Source: Bacteroidales bacterium
Lineage (GTDB): Bacteria; Bacteroidota; Bacteroidia; Bacteroidales; VadinHA17
Direction: 5' to 3'
DNA: 64,000 nt
Assembly: GCA_049294275.1 (NCBI GenBank)
Contig: JBAQCQ010000086.1
Coordinates: 34,160 to 98,159, forward strand
The position numbers and the translations under genes were made by a program. Below the pieces are notes generated by a model. That model was not told the DNA's origin, did no database searches, and saw only the letters and a list, made by a program, of their open reading frames with translations. This document shows, in pieces, positions 49,581-59,397 of this stretch; within the stretch, counting starts at the first letter, position 1, and each line of letters starts with the position of its first letter.

Positions 49581-51374
49581 TCATTCCACCCCCTGTACTT
49601 TCATCTTCGCCCGCTTCCGGTCATTCTCATCAAGCATAATCTTCCTGAGCCGCATCGATTTAGGTGTAATCTCAATATACTCATCGGCCGCAATATACTC
49701 CATGGCCTCCTCCAGCGAGAACCGCACCGGCGGGGTCAGTATTGCCTTGTCGTCGGAGCCGGAAGCTCTCATGTTGGTGAGTTTCTTGGTCTTTGTGACA
49801 TTGACGACAATATCATCCTGACGGGTGTTTTCACCTATGACCTGTCCCATATAGACAGCCTCACCGGGAAAAATGAAAAACCTGCCCCTGTTCTGCAACT
49901 TGTCAATGGCATAGGCCACAGCCGTTCCTGTATCCATGGCTATCAGCGAACCGTTACGTCTTACCGCCATCTCTCCCTTCCAGGGTTCAAAAGCGTCAAA
50001 CCGGTGGGCCATCACGGCCTCTCCTTCAGTAACGGTGAGCACCTGGTTCCTCAGCCCGATTATCCCGCGGGCCGGTATCCTGAAGTCGATGTGGGCACGG
50101 TCATCCCTCACCTCAATATTGGAAATCTCCCCCTTTCGCTGGGTGACCTGATCGATGACCTTTCCGGCGAAAATGTCCGGCACCTGCACTGTAAGAACCT
50201 CTATCGGCTCATGCTTTATACCGTCGACCTCTTTTATCAATACTTTAGGCTGGCCTACCTGCAGTTCGAATCCCTCCCGGCGCATCGTTTCAATGAGTAT
50301 GGAAAGATGCAGGATGCCCCTGCCATATACTATGAATGTATCTGCGGAGTCAGTCTCTTCTATCCTCATTGCCAGGTTCTTTTCCGTCTCCCTGAAGAGC
50401 CGTTCCCTGAGCTGACGCGAAGTGACAAGGGTACCTTCGCGCCCGAAGAAGGGTGAATTGTTCGAAGTGAAGAGCATGCTCATGGTAGGCTCATCGACCT
50501 GCATATAGGGCAGACCCTCAGGCAGTTCGGCATCGGCAATTGTGTCGCCTATGTCAAAATCCTCCATGCCGAACACGGCACATATCTCTCCTGACCGCAC
50601 AGGTTTCTTCGTCTTCTCTTTCCCCAGCCCCTCAAAGAGATAGACCTCCTTGACAGTGTTCCTCATTACAGTGCCATTGCGCTTGATAAGAGACACCTGG
50701 CTTCCGGGAACGAGAGTCCCTCTCTTAATTTTACCAACCGCAATTCGCCCCATGTACGACGAATAATCAAGCGAGGAGATCCTCATCTGGAGGGTTCCCC
50801 CGGACATCTGCGCTGCAGGTATGTGATCAATGATCGTATCCAGGAGGTAGCTTACATCAGTCGTCGGGTGCGCCCAGTCGGGGCCCATCCATCCCTGTTT
50901 TGAGGAACCGTACACGGTTGGAAAGTCGAGCTGATCTTCCGTCGCCTTGAGGCTGTGCATCAGGTCAAAGACGCTCTCCTGGGTCTCCTCGGGCTTGCAG
51001 TTCGGCTTGTCAACCTTGTTGATCACCACTATAGGTTTGAGCCCCAGTTCCAGGGCCTTCTGAAGTACAAACCGCGTCTGTGGCATCGGGCCCTCGAAGG
51101 CATCTACTATTAGAAGGACACCTTCAGCCATATTCAATACACGCTCAACCTCTCCTCCGAAATCGGAGTGTCCCGGTGTGTCTATTATATTGATCTTGAC
51201 GTTTTTGTACCGAACGGAGACATTCTTTGAAAGTATTGTGATGCCTCTCTCCCTCTCAAGGTCATTGCTGTCGAGGATCAGATCGCCCATAACCTGGTTG
51301 TCGCGGAAAAGCTTAACCTGGTAAAGTATTCTGTCTACAAGTGTAGTTTTGCCGTGGTCGACGTGAGCTATCAC
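49581..51374 (-). CDS. typA: Translational GTPase TypA/BipA (the called GTG start truncates the conserved N-terminus)
   Basis: 597 aa with AHVDHGKTTLVD (G1), DTPGHSDFGGEVER (G3) and NKVD (G4). The conserved EEIRNIAV strand is encoded in frame upstream (51375-51398) without a canonical start codon. Confidence 0.93.
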   Translation of the reverse strand: MIAHVDHGKTTLVDRILYQVKLFRDNQVMGDLILDSNDLERERGITILSKNVSVRYKNVKINIIDTPGHSDFGGEVERVLNMAEGVLLIVDAFEGPMPQTRFVLQKALELGLKPIVVINKVDKPNCKPEETQESVFDLMHSLKATEDQLDFPTVYGSSKQGWMGPDWAHPTTDVSYLLDTIIDHIPAAQMSGGTLQMRISSLDYSSYMGRIAVGKIKRGTLVPGSQVSLIKRNGTVMRNTVKEVYLFEGLGKEKTKKPVRSGEICAVFGMEDFDIGDTIADAELPEGLPYMQVDEPTMSMLFTSNNSPFFGREGTLVTSRQLRERLFRETEKNLAMRIEETDSADTFIVYGRGILHLSILIETMRREGFELQVGQPKVLIKEVDGIKHEPIEVLTVQVPDIFAGKVIDQVTQRKGEISNIEVRDDRAHIDFRIPARGIIGLRNQVLTVTEGEAVMAHRFDAFEPWKGEMAVRRNGSLIAMDTGTAVAYAIDKLQNRGRFFIFPGEAVYMGQVIGENTRQDDIVVNVTKTKKLTNMRASGSDDKAILTPPVRFSLEEAMEYIAADEYIEITPKSMRLRKIMLDENDRKRAKMKVQGVE

Positions 51375-51545
51375 GGCAATATTTCTTATTTCTTCCGTAT
51401 TCTTAAGTATTTGGGCTGCAAAAGTATAAAAAGAATCGTCACTCCTGCAGGTTTTCCCAAACTGTTTTTGCCGTTAAGGCTTGCAGATCACCCGGCCTTC
51501 CTCCCCGACCTGCTCCGGAGAAAAAGACGGCCCAGTCCCCGAATT

Positions 51546-51941
51546 TCATTTGGCTGTGGATTTTAGAATCTTCCATCTGAGGAAAATATTTATTAATCCT
51601 GCAACCAGAAACAGAGGCTGCAGAAAACTTATGAGCGAGATCCATGTCACCTTTATAATAATCCAGATGGTAAGCAAAAATCCCAGGGTTAGTCTGACAT
51701 GAACCACATACCTGTGGCGGGTAAATGAAAGATAAGCTCCGGCAACATTTGAAAGACCGTTTACAAGTACGAGAAACAGCCCCGGCAGCAGGAATGAATT
51801 CAGGGGTGAATTGGCCGGCATTTCAGGGGAAACACCCATTCTGCCTCCAGTAATATCAAGCAGGTATCAGATTCCTGCGGGTATTGCTCCTATAGCCGTG
51901 AAAGCCTGGAGAGAACCGAGAATAATGAAATATTTCTTCAT
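51546..51941 (-). pseudogene. Small membrane protein gene interrupted by an in-frame TGA (codon 25)
   Basis: The ATG at 51941 gives MKKYFIILGSLQAFTAIGAIPAGI, then TGA (51869..51867). The same frame then continues YLLDITGGRMGVSPEMPANSPLNSFLLPGLFLVLVNG... into the 97-aa ORF 51546..51839. Confidence 0.6.
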
Positions 51942-52074
51942 GCCTGGTTTTTTGCATTTTAAAAATAATTATTTCCGCATCCGAAAATTTATTTCGGGCA
52001 TTTGATGACCGGGCACGCTTATTGTATCTCATAAAATGTAAATTTGCAATCATTAGCATTAAACCTGAACAAAC

Positions 52075-52584
52075 ATGAAGAAATTTTTTGTGACATTCTG
52101 TTTCCTGACAGTTGCGCTTATGCCGGCAGTCTCACAGGATAAAAAGGCCGAAAGGGAAGCTGCAGCGCTCGCAGCATTTGAAAAGGCCCTGGCCACAATT
52201 GAGACAAAAGACTTTGTAATAATAGTCGATTCCTACGAGACCGGGGGCGGCATGTACGAGACAAATACTGACGTGGCCAATTTCTTATCTTATGAGAAGG
52301 AATTCGCATACCTCCAGGGACAGATACTGACTGGCAACAACAATACCAACAAGCTTACCGTATCTGATTACAGCCAGGTAACCGATAAAAAGGGGAATGT
52401 AAAAGTCTCGATGCAGGCAAAAGGCTTCTTCATTAATGCCAGAATTGAGATCTCTCTCAAGAAAACCGGAGGCAGTAAAGCCGACGTGATTATAACCCCT
52501 GCCAAAGGAGAAGTAAAACGCTTTAACGGCGAGGTTGTGCCCAGGGCTCAGTCAAAATACTTCAAGAGACCGGGAGAGATTTAA
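52075..52584 (+). CDS. Secreted small protein, DUF4251-like (tentative)
   Basis: 169 aa with signal peptide MKKFFVTFCFLTVALMPAVSQ. A KAEREAAALAAFEKAL helix is followed by a beta-rich body. The family name is from memory of the architecture only. Confidence 0.4.
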   Translation: MKKFFVTFCFLTVALMPAVSQDKKAEREAAALAAFEKALATIETKDFVIIVDSYETGGGMYETNTDVANFLSYEKEFAYLQGQILTGNNNTNKLTVSDYSQVTDKKGNVKVSMQAKGFFINARIEISLKKTGGSKADVIITPAKGEVKRFNGEVVPRAQSKYFKRPGEI

Positions 52585-52587
52585 GAC

Positions 52588-53406
52588 TTACTTTCTCAGG
52601 CTGATGCCGTAATGGCTGGTAAGGATAGCTGAAAACACCCTGCCGGGAAGAATTTTTTTAAGCACAACCGCCAGTTTCTGGTCGGGTGATGCGATGATGT
52701 AACGCTGACGGGGGTTTTTACATTCAACAATTGCTGCAAGTTTCTTTGCCAGCACCGCCGGTTCGCCTCCGCTGGCTTCATCATGCTCGATAACAGAAAG
52801 AGTCCTTTCAAACTGTTCATGATAGGGATCTTCCGGACCTGACGGAGCCAGGTACCCTCTGCGGTTGGCGGAGTTGTGTGTATGAAAATCACCGGGATTT
52901 ATGACTACGATCTTGACATTGAACCCGGCTGTCTCCATCCTCAGCGCCTCGCTGAAACCTTCCACGGCAAACTTGGCGGCAGAATAGAACGACTGAAAAG
53001 GCAATCCTATCAATCCGCCTATCGAGCTGATGTTTATTATTGTACCTCCTCCGTTGCTTCGCATCACCGGCAACACCTCACGGGTAAGATTCACCATGCC
53101 CATGAAGCTTGTTTCCATCTGAAGCCTTATGTTTTCTAAGGGGGTGGTCTCAACCGGTCCCCCGGTATGCATCCCGGCATTGTTGATCAGCACGTCGATC
53201 CTTCCCTCCTTTTCAACAACCGTCCTGACTGTCCGCCTTATTGAATCAATATCTGTCAGGTCCAGCATCAGCACATTGACAGCACTGCCCGTTTCACATG
53301 CTTTCCTTACCGTACCGTACACCGTATGGCCCTTTGCTGCCAGCAGCCGGGAGGTCTGCTGCCCGAATCCTGATGATATCCCGGTAATTAAAACTACTTT
53401 CCGCAT
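52588..53406 (-). CDS. Classical short-chain dehydrogenase/reductase (SDR)
   Basis: 272 aa with VVLITGISSGFG (TGxxxGxG), IDVLINNAG, the Ser in NISSIGG and YSAAK (YxxxK). Confidence 0.9.
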   Translation of the reverse strand: MRKVVLITGISSGFGQQTSRLLAAKGHTVYGTVRKACETGSAVNVLMLDLTDIDSIRRTVRTVVEKEGRIDVLINNAGMHTGGPVETTPLENIRLQMETSFMGMVNLTREVLPVMRSNGGGTIINISSIGGLIGLPFQSFYSAAKFAVEGFSEALRMETAGFNVKIVVINPGDFHTHNSANRRGYLAPSGPEDPYHEQFERTLSVIEHDEASGGEPAVLAKKLAAIVECKNPRQRYIIASPDQKLAVVLKKILPGRVFSAILTSHYGISLRK

Positions 53407-53444
53407 GAAACCTGGAAATTAACCTGTTACTGGAGTCCGGCCCG

Positions 53445-54635
<1,191 letters not shown>

Positions 54636-54842
54636 TTATTAGTGTTAGGCAATAGTGCGAATATAGAAAATAAGCTCCGATGTAAGTTCACTATCTGTTA
54701 ATATTAAGCTAAAAGCACAGTCGGACGGTCAAGAATACCATTTTATGCTTAGGTTTCAGTTCCGAATTGTTGCCATATTTGCAGCGTCAAAATGCAGAAA
54801 TGCTGAAGCAAACCCAAATAACTGACTATTAACCAATTGATT

Positions 54843-56144
54843 ATGACAGGAAATAAGAAATCCACCGGCACGGGGAAATTAATTATCGGACAGGACTGGG
54901 CATCTGTCGTTACAGGTTTTATTCTGATTCTTTTTGTAGTGTTAGCCGGGTACAGTATTGTCACCCCCTCTTTCGGCGGCAAGGCCGGATGGAGCAGCAA
55001 CCAGGACATGCCCGGTATTTTCAGCGCCTCTTCACTTTGGCTCTCGGGACTTTCCACACTTCTGATTTTCGGGATCATCTCGGTTATCGGTGTCCTGCTG
55101 AGCGGCGACACGCTTAAGAAATTTGTCACGGGCTTTGTTGCCATATTCCTTCTGGCGGTTCTGGCACAGTTTATTTCATCTTATGCCGGCTTTAAAAACC
55201 TCGGGCTCGAGACAGTACTTTTTTCCCTTCTGCTCGGCCTTATCATCGGGAACCTCGGAAAACTTCCATCCTGGTTGCGGGCGGGGGTATTGACGGAACT
55301 TTACGTCAAGATCGGACTGGTGCTCCTGGGGGCTACCATCCTGTTCAATGACATTATGTCGGCAGGTGCTTTCGGGCTGATACAGGCAGTCATCGTCGTG
55401 AGCGTGGTATGGTACTTTGCGTTCTGGATCTCACGCAAACTGAAAGTTGATGATGAATTTTCCACAATGCTTGCCAGCGCCGTTTCGATCTGCGGTGTCT
55501 CCGCTGCCATTGCAACTGCCGGAGCCATTAACGGAGACAAGAAGAAACTCTCCTTCATCATCTCGCTGGTCCTTGTCATTGCGATCCCGATGATGATCTT
55601 CCTTCCAATAATTGCAAATTGGATGGGACTCTCCGAGATAGTCACCGGCGCATGGCTCGGAGGAACCATCGATACGACCGGGGCTGTTGTTGCAGCCGGG
55701 ACCATAGCCGGGGAGGAAGGACTCAAATATGCCACAATAGTCAAATTCTCGCAGAACGTCCTGCTCGGGCTTGCAGCCTTTGCCATATCGATATTCTGGG
55801 CATACAGGAAAAGAGGCGTAGGCGAAAAGGGAAAACATGTGCCAGCAGGCATTATCTGGGAACGTTTCCCGAAATTCGTTCTTGGATTCATCCTGGCATC
55901 GCTGGCGTTCTCATTCCTGCTAAGCCCTGAGACAGCGCTGACATCCGGAAAGGTTATCAAGTCGTTCAGCACCTTCTGGTTCAACCTGGCCTTTGTCAGC
56001 ATCGGCCTCGAGACCCGCTTCGCCGACTTCAGGCACATGGAGAGTAAAAAACCGTTCTACAGCTTTCTGATAGCGCAGGGATTCAATATTATTTTTACGC
56101 TTGGCATCTCCTGGCTCCTGTTCCAGCTCATTGGCCCCAAATAG
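54843..56144 (+). CDS. YeiH/UPF0324-family membrane transporter (putative sulfate-exporter family)
   Basis: ORF from the TTG at 54837, with the first ATG at 54843. It has about 11 TM segments. The motif SAVSICGVSAAIATAGAI resembles the YeiH ICG.SAI signature. Confidence 0.6.
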   Translation: MTGNKKSTGTGKLIIGQDWASVVTGFILILFVVLAGYSIVTPSFGGKAGWSSNQDMPGIFSASSLWLSGLSTLLIFGIISVIGVLLSGDTLKKFVTGFVAIFLLAVLAQFISSYAGFKNLGLETVLFSLLLGLIIGNLGKLPSWLRAGVLTELYVKIGLVLLGATILFNDIMSAGAFGLIQAVIVVSVVWYFAFWISRKLKVDDEFSTMLASAVSICGVSAAIATAGAINGDKKKLSFIISLVLVIAIPMMIFLPIIANWMGLSEIVTGAWLGGTIDTTGAVVAAGTIAGEEGLKYATIVKFSQNVLLGLAAFAISIFWAYRKRGVGEKGKHVPAGIIWERFPKFVLGFILASLAFSFLLSPETALTSGKVIKSFSTFWFNLAFVSIGLETRFADFRHMESKKPFYSFLIAQGFNIIFTLGISWLLFQLIGPK

Positions 56145-56212
56145 GGACCTGTCCTTCAGCCGTTGATTTCACAGTTGCCGGGTTTGAAAGAAATACAAGA
56201 AGTTTTATTACA

Positions 56213-57250
56213 TCAGATTTTCAGGTCAAGAGAGAGGGCAAACCTTGAAATGAACGGCATATCTCCCGCGGCTGGCTTCCATCCCTGGAAATTGGGAGAG
56301 AGATTCACTCCGGGAGAAAGGGCAATCTCTACAGCTGCCAGGAAGAGCTGACCGTCCCTGGTCAGGTTCCAGGGATCAACTTCATTCCCGACCCTTGCAG
56401 AAGCCGCATAGTCATATCTTCCGATGATCCTTACCCTGTCGCTGACCGGCACCCTGCAATTAAAAGAGATGGCATGATAATCATGCCCGGCGACAAGTCC
56501 GCTGTTTTTACGGTAATTCCAGGCAGCGGACAGCATTGATCCCTTGTTCTCATACGAGGCGATAACCTCAGTCGTCTGCTGATGCAAACCGTCTTTGCTC
56601 ATATTGTCAAAATAACCGCGCATCGAAAAGTTCTTTACAGGGACCAGGGTGACACCGACAGCTGTTTTGAAGGTGGAGTCGGCTTCTGTCAGCTTGAATC
56701 CCTCCCCGTTCATCAGTGTCACGTCAGCGGTGAGCCAGGGGGCAATACTGTAAGCCACACTTAATCCCAGATCCGCAGCCGTACCGAACCCGTACTCATC
56801 ATGCAAAGGTTTATAAATATAGCGATGGCCCCACCTTCTTTCAGCCTGCTCATACTCCGGCAGGGGAATCATTCCTCCGGTGACTGTCAGTTTTTGGGTC
56901 TGATACCTGAGGTAGGCAAATTTCAGCATGCCGGTAAACTTCATTTTCCCGACTCCCGGATCCGCAACATCATACACAATACGCCCTGAAAGGGTTTTGG
57001 AAAAGTTGTACCCGTATCCCATGTAAGCCCGTGTCACGTCAAACTTTGTGTGGTTTTCTCCGTCCGAAAATGTGGTATAAAGACCTGTGAAAATCCTCAC
57101 CTCCATCTTGCCTCCGGGTTTAAATTCGACCGGGTCCTGCCCGGTTAATGACATTGACAACAACATTCCGGCAACAAAAATGATGACAAAATGAGTCCTG
57201 AAATTTGCAAACCCAAACCTCAGTATCCTTAATCCTGTTCCTTCCAGCAT
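56213..57250 (-). CDS. Putative outer-membrane porin (OprO/P-like beta-barrel)
   Basis: 345 aa with a signal-like N-terminus ending SLTGQ. It has alternating beta-strand periodicity and frequent aromatic-Gly turns (RAYMGYGYNF, KFAYLRYQ). The family assignment is tentative. Confidence 0.45.
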   Translation of the reverse strand: MLEGTGLRILRFGFANFRTHFVIIFVAGMLLSMSLTGQDPVEFKPGGKMEVRIFTGLYTTFSDGENHTKFDVTRAYMGYGYNFSKTLSGRIVYDVADPGVGKMKFTGMLKFAYLRYQTQKLTVTGGMIPLPEYEQAERRWGHRYIYKPLHDEYGFGTAADLGLSVAYSIAPWLTADVTLMNGEGFKLTEADSTFKTAVGVTLVPVKNFSMRGYFDNMSKDGLHQQTTEVIASYENKGSMLSAAWNYRKNSGLVAGHDYHAISFNCRVPVSDRVRIIGRYDYAASARVGNEVDPWNLTRDGQLFLAAVEIALSPGVNLSPNFQGWKPAAGDMPFISRFALSLDLKI

Positions 57251-57523
57251 ATTCCTTTTCTTTTAAAATCTTATCAAGTTTCCATTATGCCGCAGTGCTT
57301 CCACTACCGGCAAAATGCCGGGTGAAATTAATTAAAGATCAGGTCTGATTTACGACTGCATGAGTCAGGGAAATGGTCGCTGATGTGTCTGCCGGTTCCA
57401 TCAGGCCTCAATAATATACTGTATATCATATCAGTACACGCTCCTCCTCCGGAACACCCTGAACAAATCGCTTACTTTAAAATACGATTTAATACCTACA
57501 AAAAATGTCCTGGTAAATGCGGT

Positions 57524-58459
57524 TTACTCATCCCATTTCAGTAGCACATCGGCCACCGACTGATGTACGTTTCCTGATAAAAACCGGGCAAGGCTGTCAT
57601 CATCCAGGACCGATTTCTGTTTATCCAGAGCTGTCCACAGTTTAGTAAAAAGTTCTTTTCCACCGGCGTTATAAATATCTGCTGCCCCTGCATGCCATCT
57701 GCTCTGATACCAACCGTAATTATTTGGATATTTCTGACCTATCTCATCGTACCGGCTCTCAAGGTCAGTCAGTGAAGTGTATTTCAGAGCCGATCTGTCT
57801 CCTGAGATAACCATCTGCGGAAACAGGGTCAGTGCGGCCAGTTGTTCCGGTTCGTTTTCAGCAATATATGTGTGAAGAAAGATATTCGCAAACAGTTCTG
57901 CCATCCACTTGCGCTGCATGGTCAGGCCATACTGGAAATGGTAGGCATGTCCGAGCTCGTGAATGGCAAGCAGGTCAAAAAAAGCACCCATAGAAAGGTT
58001 CCCCTTGCCGTCTGAATATGTTTCCTTTATTCTATCAGCGAGACCGGCAGGAAGCTGGTCGACCGGCGGTATGAAACTTTTCCAGAATTCGTTGTCGCGG
58101 GAAGCAACTATCAGGGTTTTGTCGTCATTGTAATGGGGCATGCCATAGACAGGAAAGCTCGTATACGTACTCCAGTCCTCCGGATCAAGCACCAGCAGTG
58201 TTACGGCTGGCTCAAATCTGACAGACTGATTATAATAATTCATAACATTATCGCAACGCTCTGCAAGGACTTTTGCCCTTTCCTCGTTTCCGGCACTGTA
58301 GTGCACAGCAGCTTTGTAGCCTTTTAAAGGAACAAGTTTGTCATAGTTCTGCGCCTCAAGGGTGCCAGGAATAAAGAAAACTGAAACCAGGAAGATTGAA
58401 CAGAACGCATAGCACGACCGGCGGATTCTATCCCCGGAAAAAGCCTTTTCATTTCTCAT
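57524..58459 (-). CDS. Secreted hypothetical protein with an HExxH zinc-metallopeptidase motif
   Basis: 311 aa with a signal peptide ending TLEAQ. The motif is LLAIHELGHAYHF. No other family motif was recognised. Confidence 0.45.
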   Translation of the reverse strand: MRNEKAFSGDRIRRSCYAFCSIFLVSVFFIPGTLEAQNYDKLVPLKGYKAAVHYSAGNEERAKVLAERCDNVMNYYNQSVRFEPAVTLLVLDPEDWSTYTSFPVYGMPHYNDDKTLIVASRDNEFWKSFIPPVDQLPAGLADRIKETYSDGKGNLSMGAFFDLLAIHELGHAYHFQYGLTMQRKWMAELFANIFLHTYIAENEPEQLAALTLFPQMVISGDRSALKYTSLTDLESRYDEIGQKYPNNYGWYQSRWHAGAADIYNAGGKELFTKLWTALDKQKSVLDDDSLARFLSGNVHQSVADVLLKWDE

Positions 58460-58532
58460 AACTAAAAGTTTATGGATTAGTAACTGGGATTAACTTCACA
58501 TAAAAAACAATCAGAGGCAGGTTTAGTTTACT

Positions 58533-58550
58533 TTCAGATTTAAATCTGAA
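58533..58550. promoter_or_regulatory. Perfect 18-bp palindrome TTCAGATTTAAATCTGAA in a divergent intergenic region
   Basis: It spans 58533-58550 and is exactly self-complementary. It lies 74 bp upstream of the HExxH gene start (58459) and 73 bp upstream of the cyclophilin start (58623). Confidence 0.4.
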
Positions 58551-58622
58551 GCCTCGCGTGTAAATAAGCCATGCCTGCACGTTTATGCGAACAGTGACAC
58601 GTAAAAAAACTATATTGCCAGA

Positions 58623-59255
58623 ATGAGAATAATATGGACCATACTCCTTATAGCCTTAATGCTGGACTCCGGCCTCCATGGGCAAACACCTGGGAAAAAG
58701 GAGAAAATTATAATAAAGACGGAGCCTGGAAACATTTATGCCACAATTGACCTGAAGCGGGCGCCTGTAACTGCATCCAATTTTCTGAGGTACATTGATG
58801 CCGGGCTCTTTGACAGCACCTGCTTCTACAGGGTTGTCAGGCTCGACAATCAGCCTGACAACAAGGTACTTATAGAAGTCATCCAGGGGGGAAGATATGA
58901 GGAGGAAGAAGGAGGTTTTCAGCCCATCGCTCATGAGACCACAGCCGTGACAGGGATTCGCCACAGGAAGGGAACTATCTCAATGGCAAGGGCGGAACCG
59001 GGAAGCGCGACCTCGGAATTTTTCATATGTGTCAGTGACCAGCCGGAACTGGATTACGGTGGGAAGCGAAATCCTGATCTTCAAGGCTTTGCTGCCTTCG
59101 GAAGGATAACAAAGGGAATGGAAGTTGTGAAAAAAATCCATGCAATCAATGCCCCCGGACAGTATCTTGACAAGCCGGTGGTGATCCTTGAAATAGTCCG
59201 GCTAAACCCTGAGGTCAGGGTGGTGAACCTTGAAATCATCCGGGTAAAGCCATAA
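58623..59255 (+). CDS. Cyclophilin-type peptidyl-prolyl cis-trans isomerase (secreted)
   Basis: 210 aa with a signal peptide. Cyclophilin motifs are NFLRYIDAGLFDSTCFYRVV, GTISMAR, SEFFICV and AFGRITKGMEVV. Confidence 0.88.
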   Translation: MRIIWTILLIALMLDSGLHGQTPGKKEKIIIKTEPGNIYATIDLKRAPVTASNFLRYIDAGLFDSTCFYRVVRLDNQPDNKVLIEVIQGGRYEEEEGGFQPIAHETTAVTGIRHRKGTISMARAEPGSATSEFFICVSDQPELDYGGKRNPDLQGFAAFGRITKGMEVVKKIHAINAPGQYLDKPVVILEIVRLNPEVRVVNLEIIRVKP

Positions 59256-59397
59256 GGCGGCAGGTGTGATAGAAAAAACTTTCTGTGCAAAACCATGAGC
59301 GGACGGAAGCAGACGGTAATTCTCCTGAAATAAAGTTGACCCTGGTCAAACTACGACTTACCTTTGAAAGCCAGGGTTAATTCACTAAAAATCAGCC

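Noticed and set aside
51867-51869. The in-frame TGA as selenocysteine or an alternative genetic code (TGA=Trp/Gly)
   Set aside because: TGA terminates several clearly complete genes in this window (fhs, araA, araB). I see no obvious SECIS-like hairpin just downstream, and the context is a hydrophobic TM segment, not a redox motif.
57251-57523. The 273-bp leader upstream of the porin gene as a possible riboswitch or small ORF
   Set aside because: I recognise no riboswitch core (no B12 box, TPP CUGAGA, SAM, FMN or similar). There is only a weak 5-bp hairpin (CCGGC-atttt-GCCGG) and a 33-codon ORF with no features.
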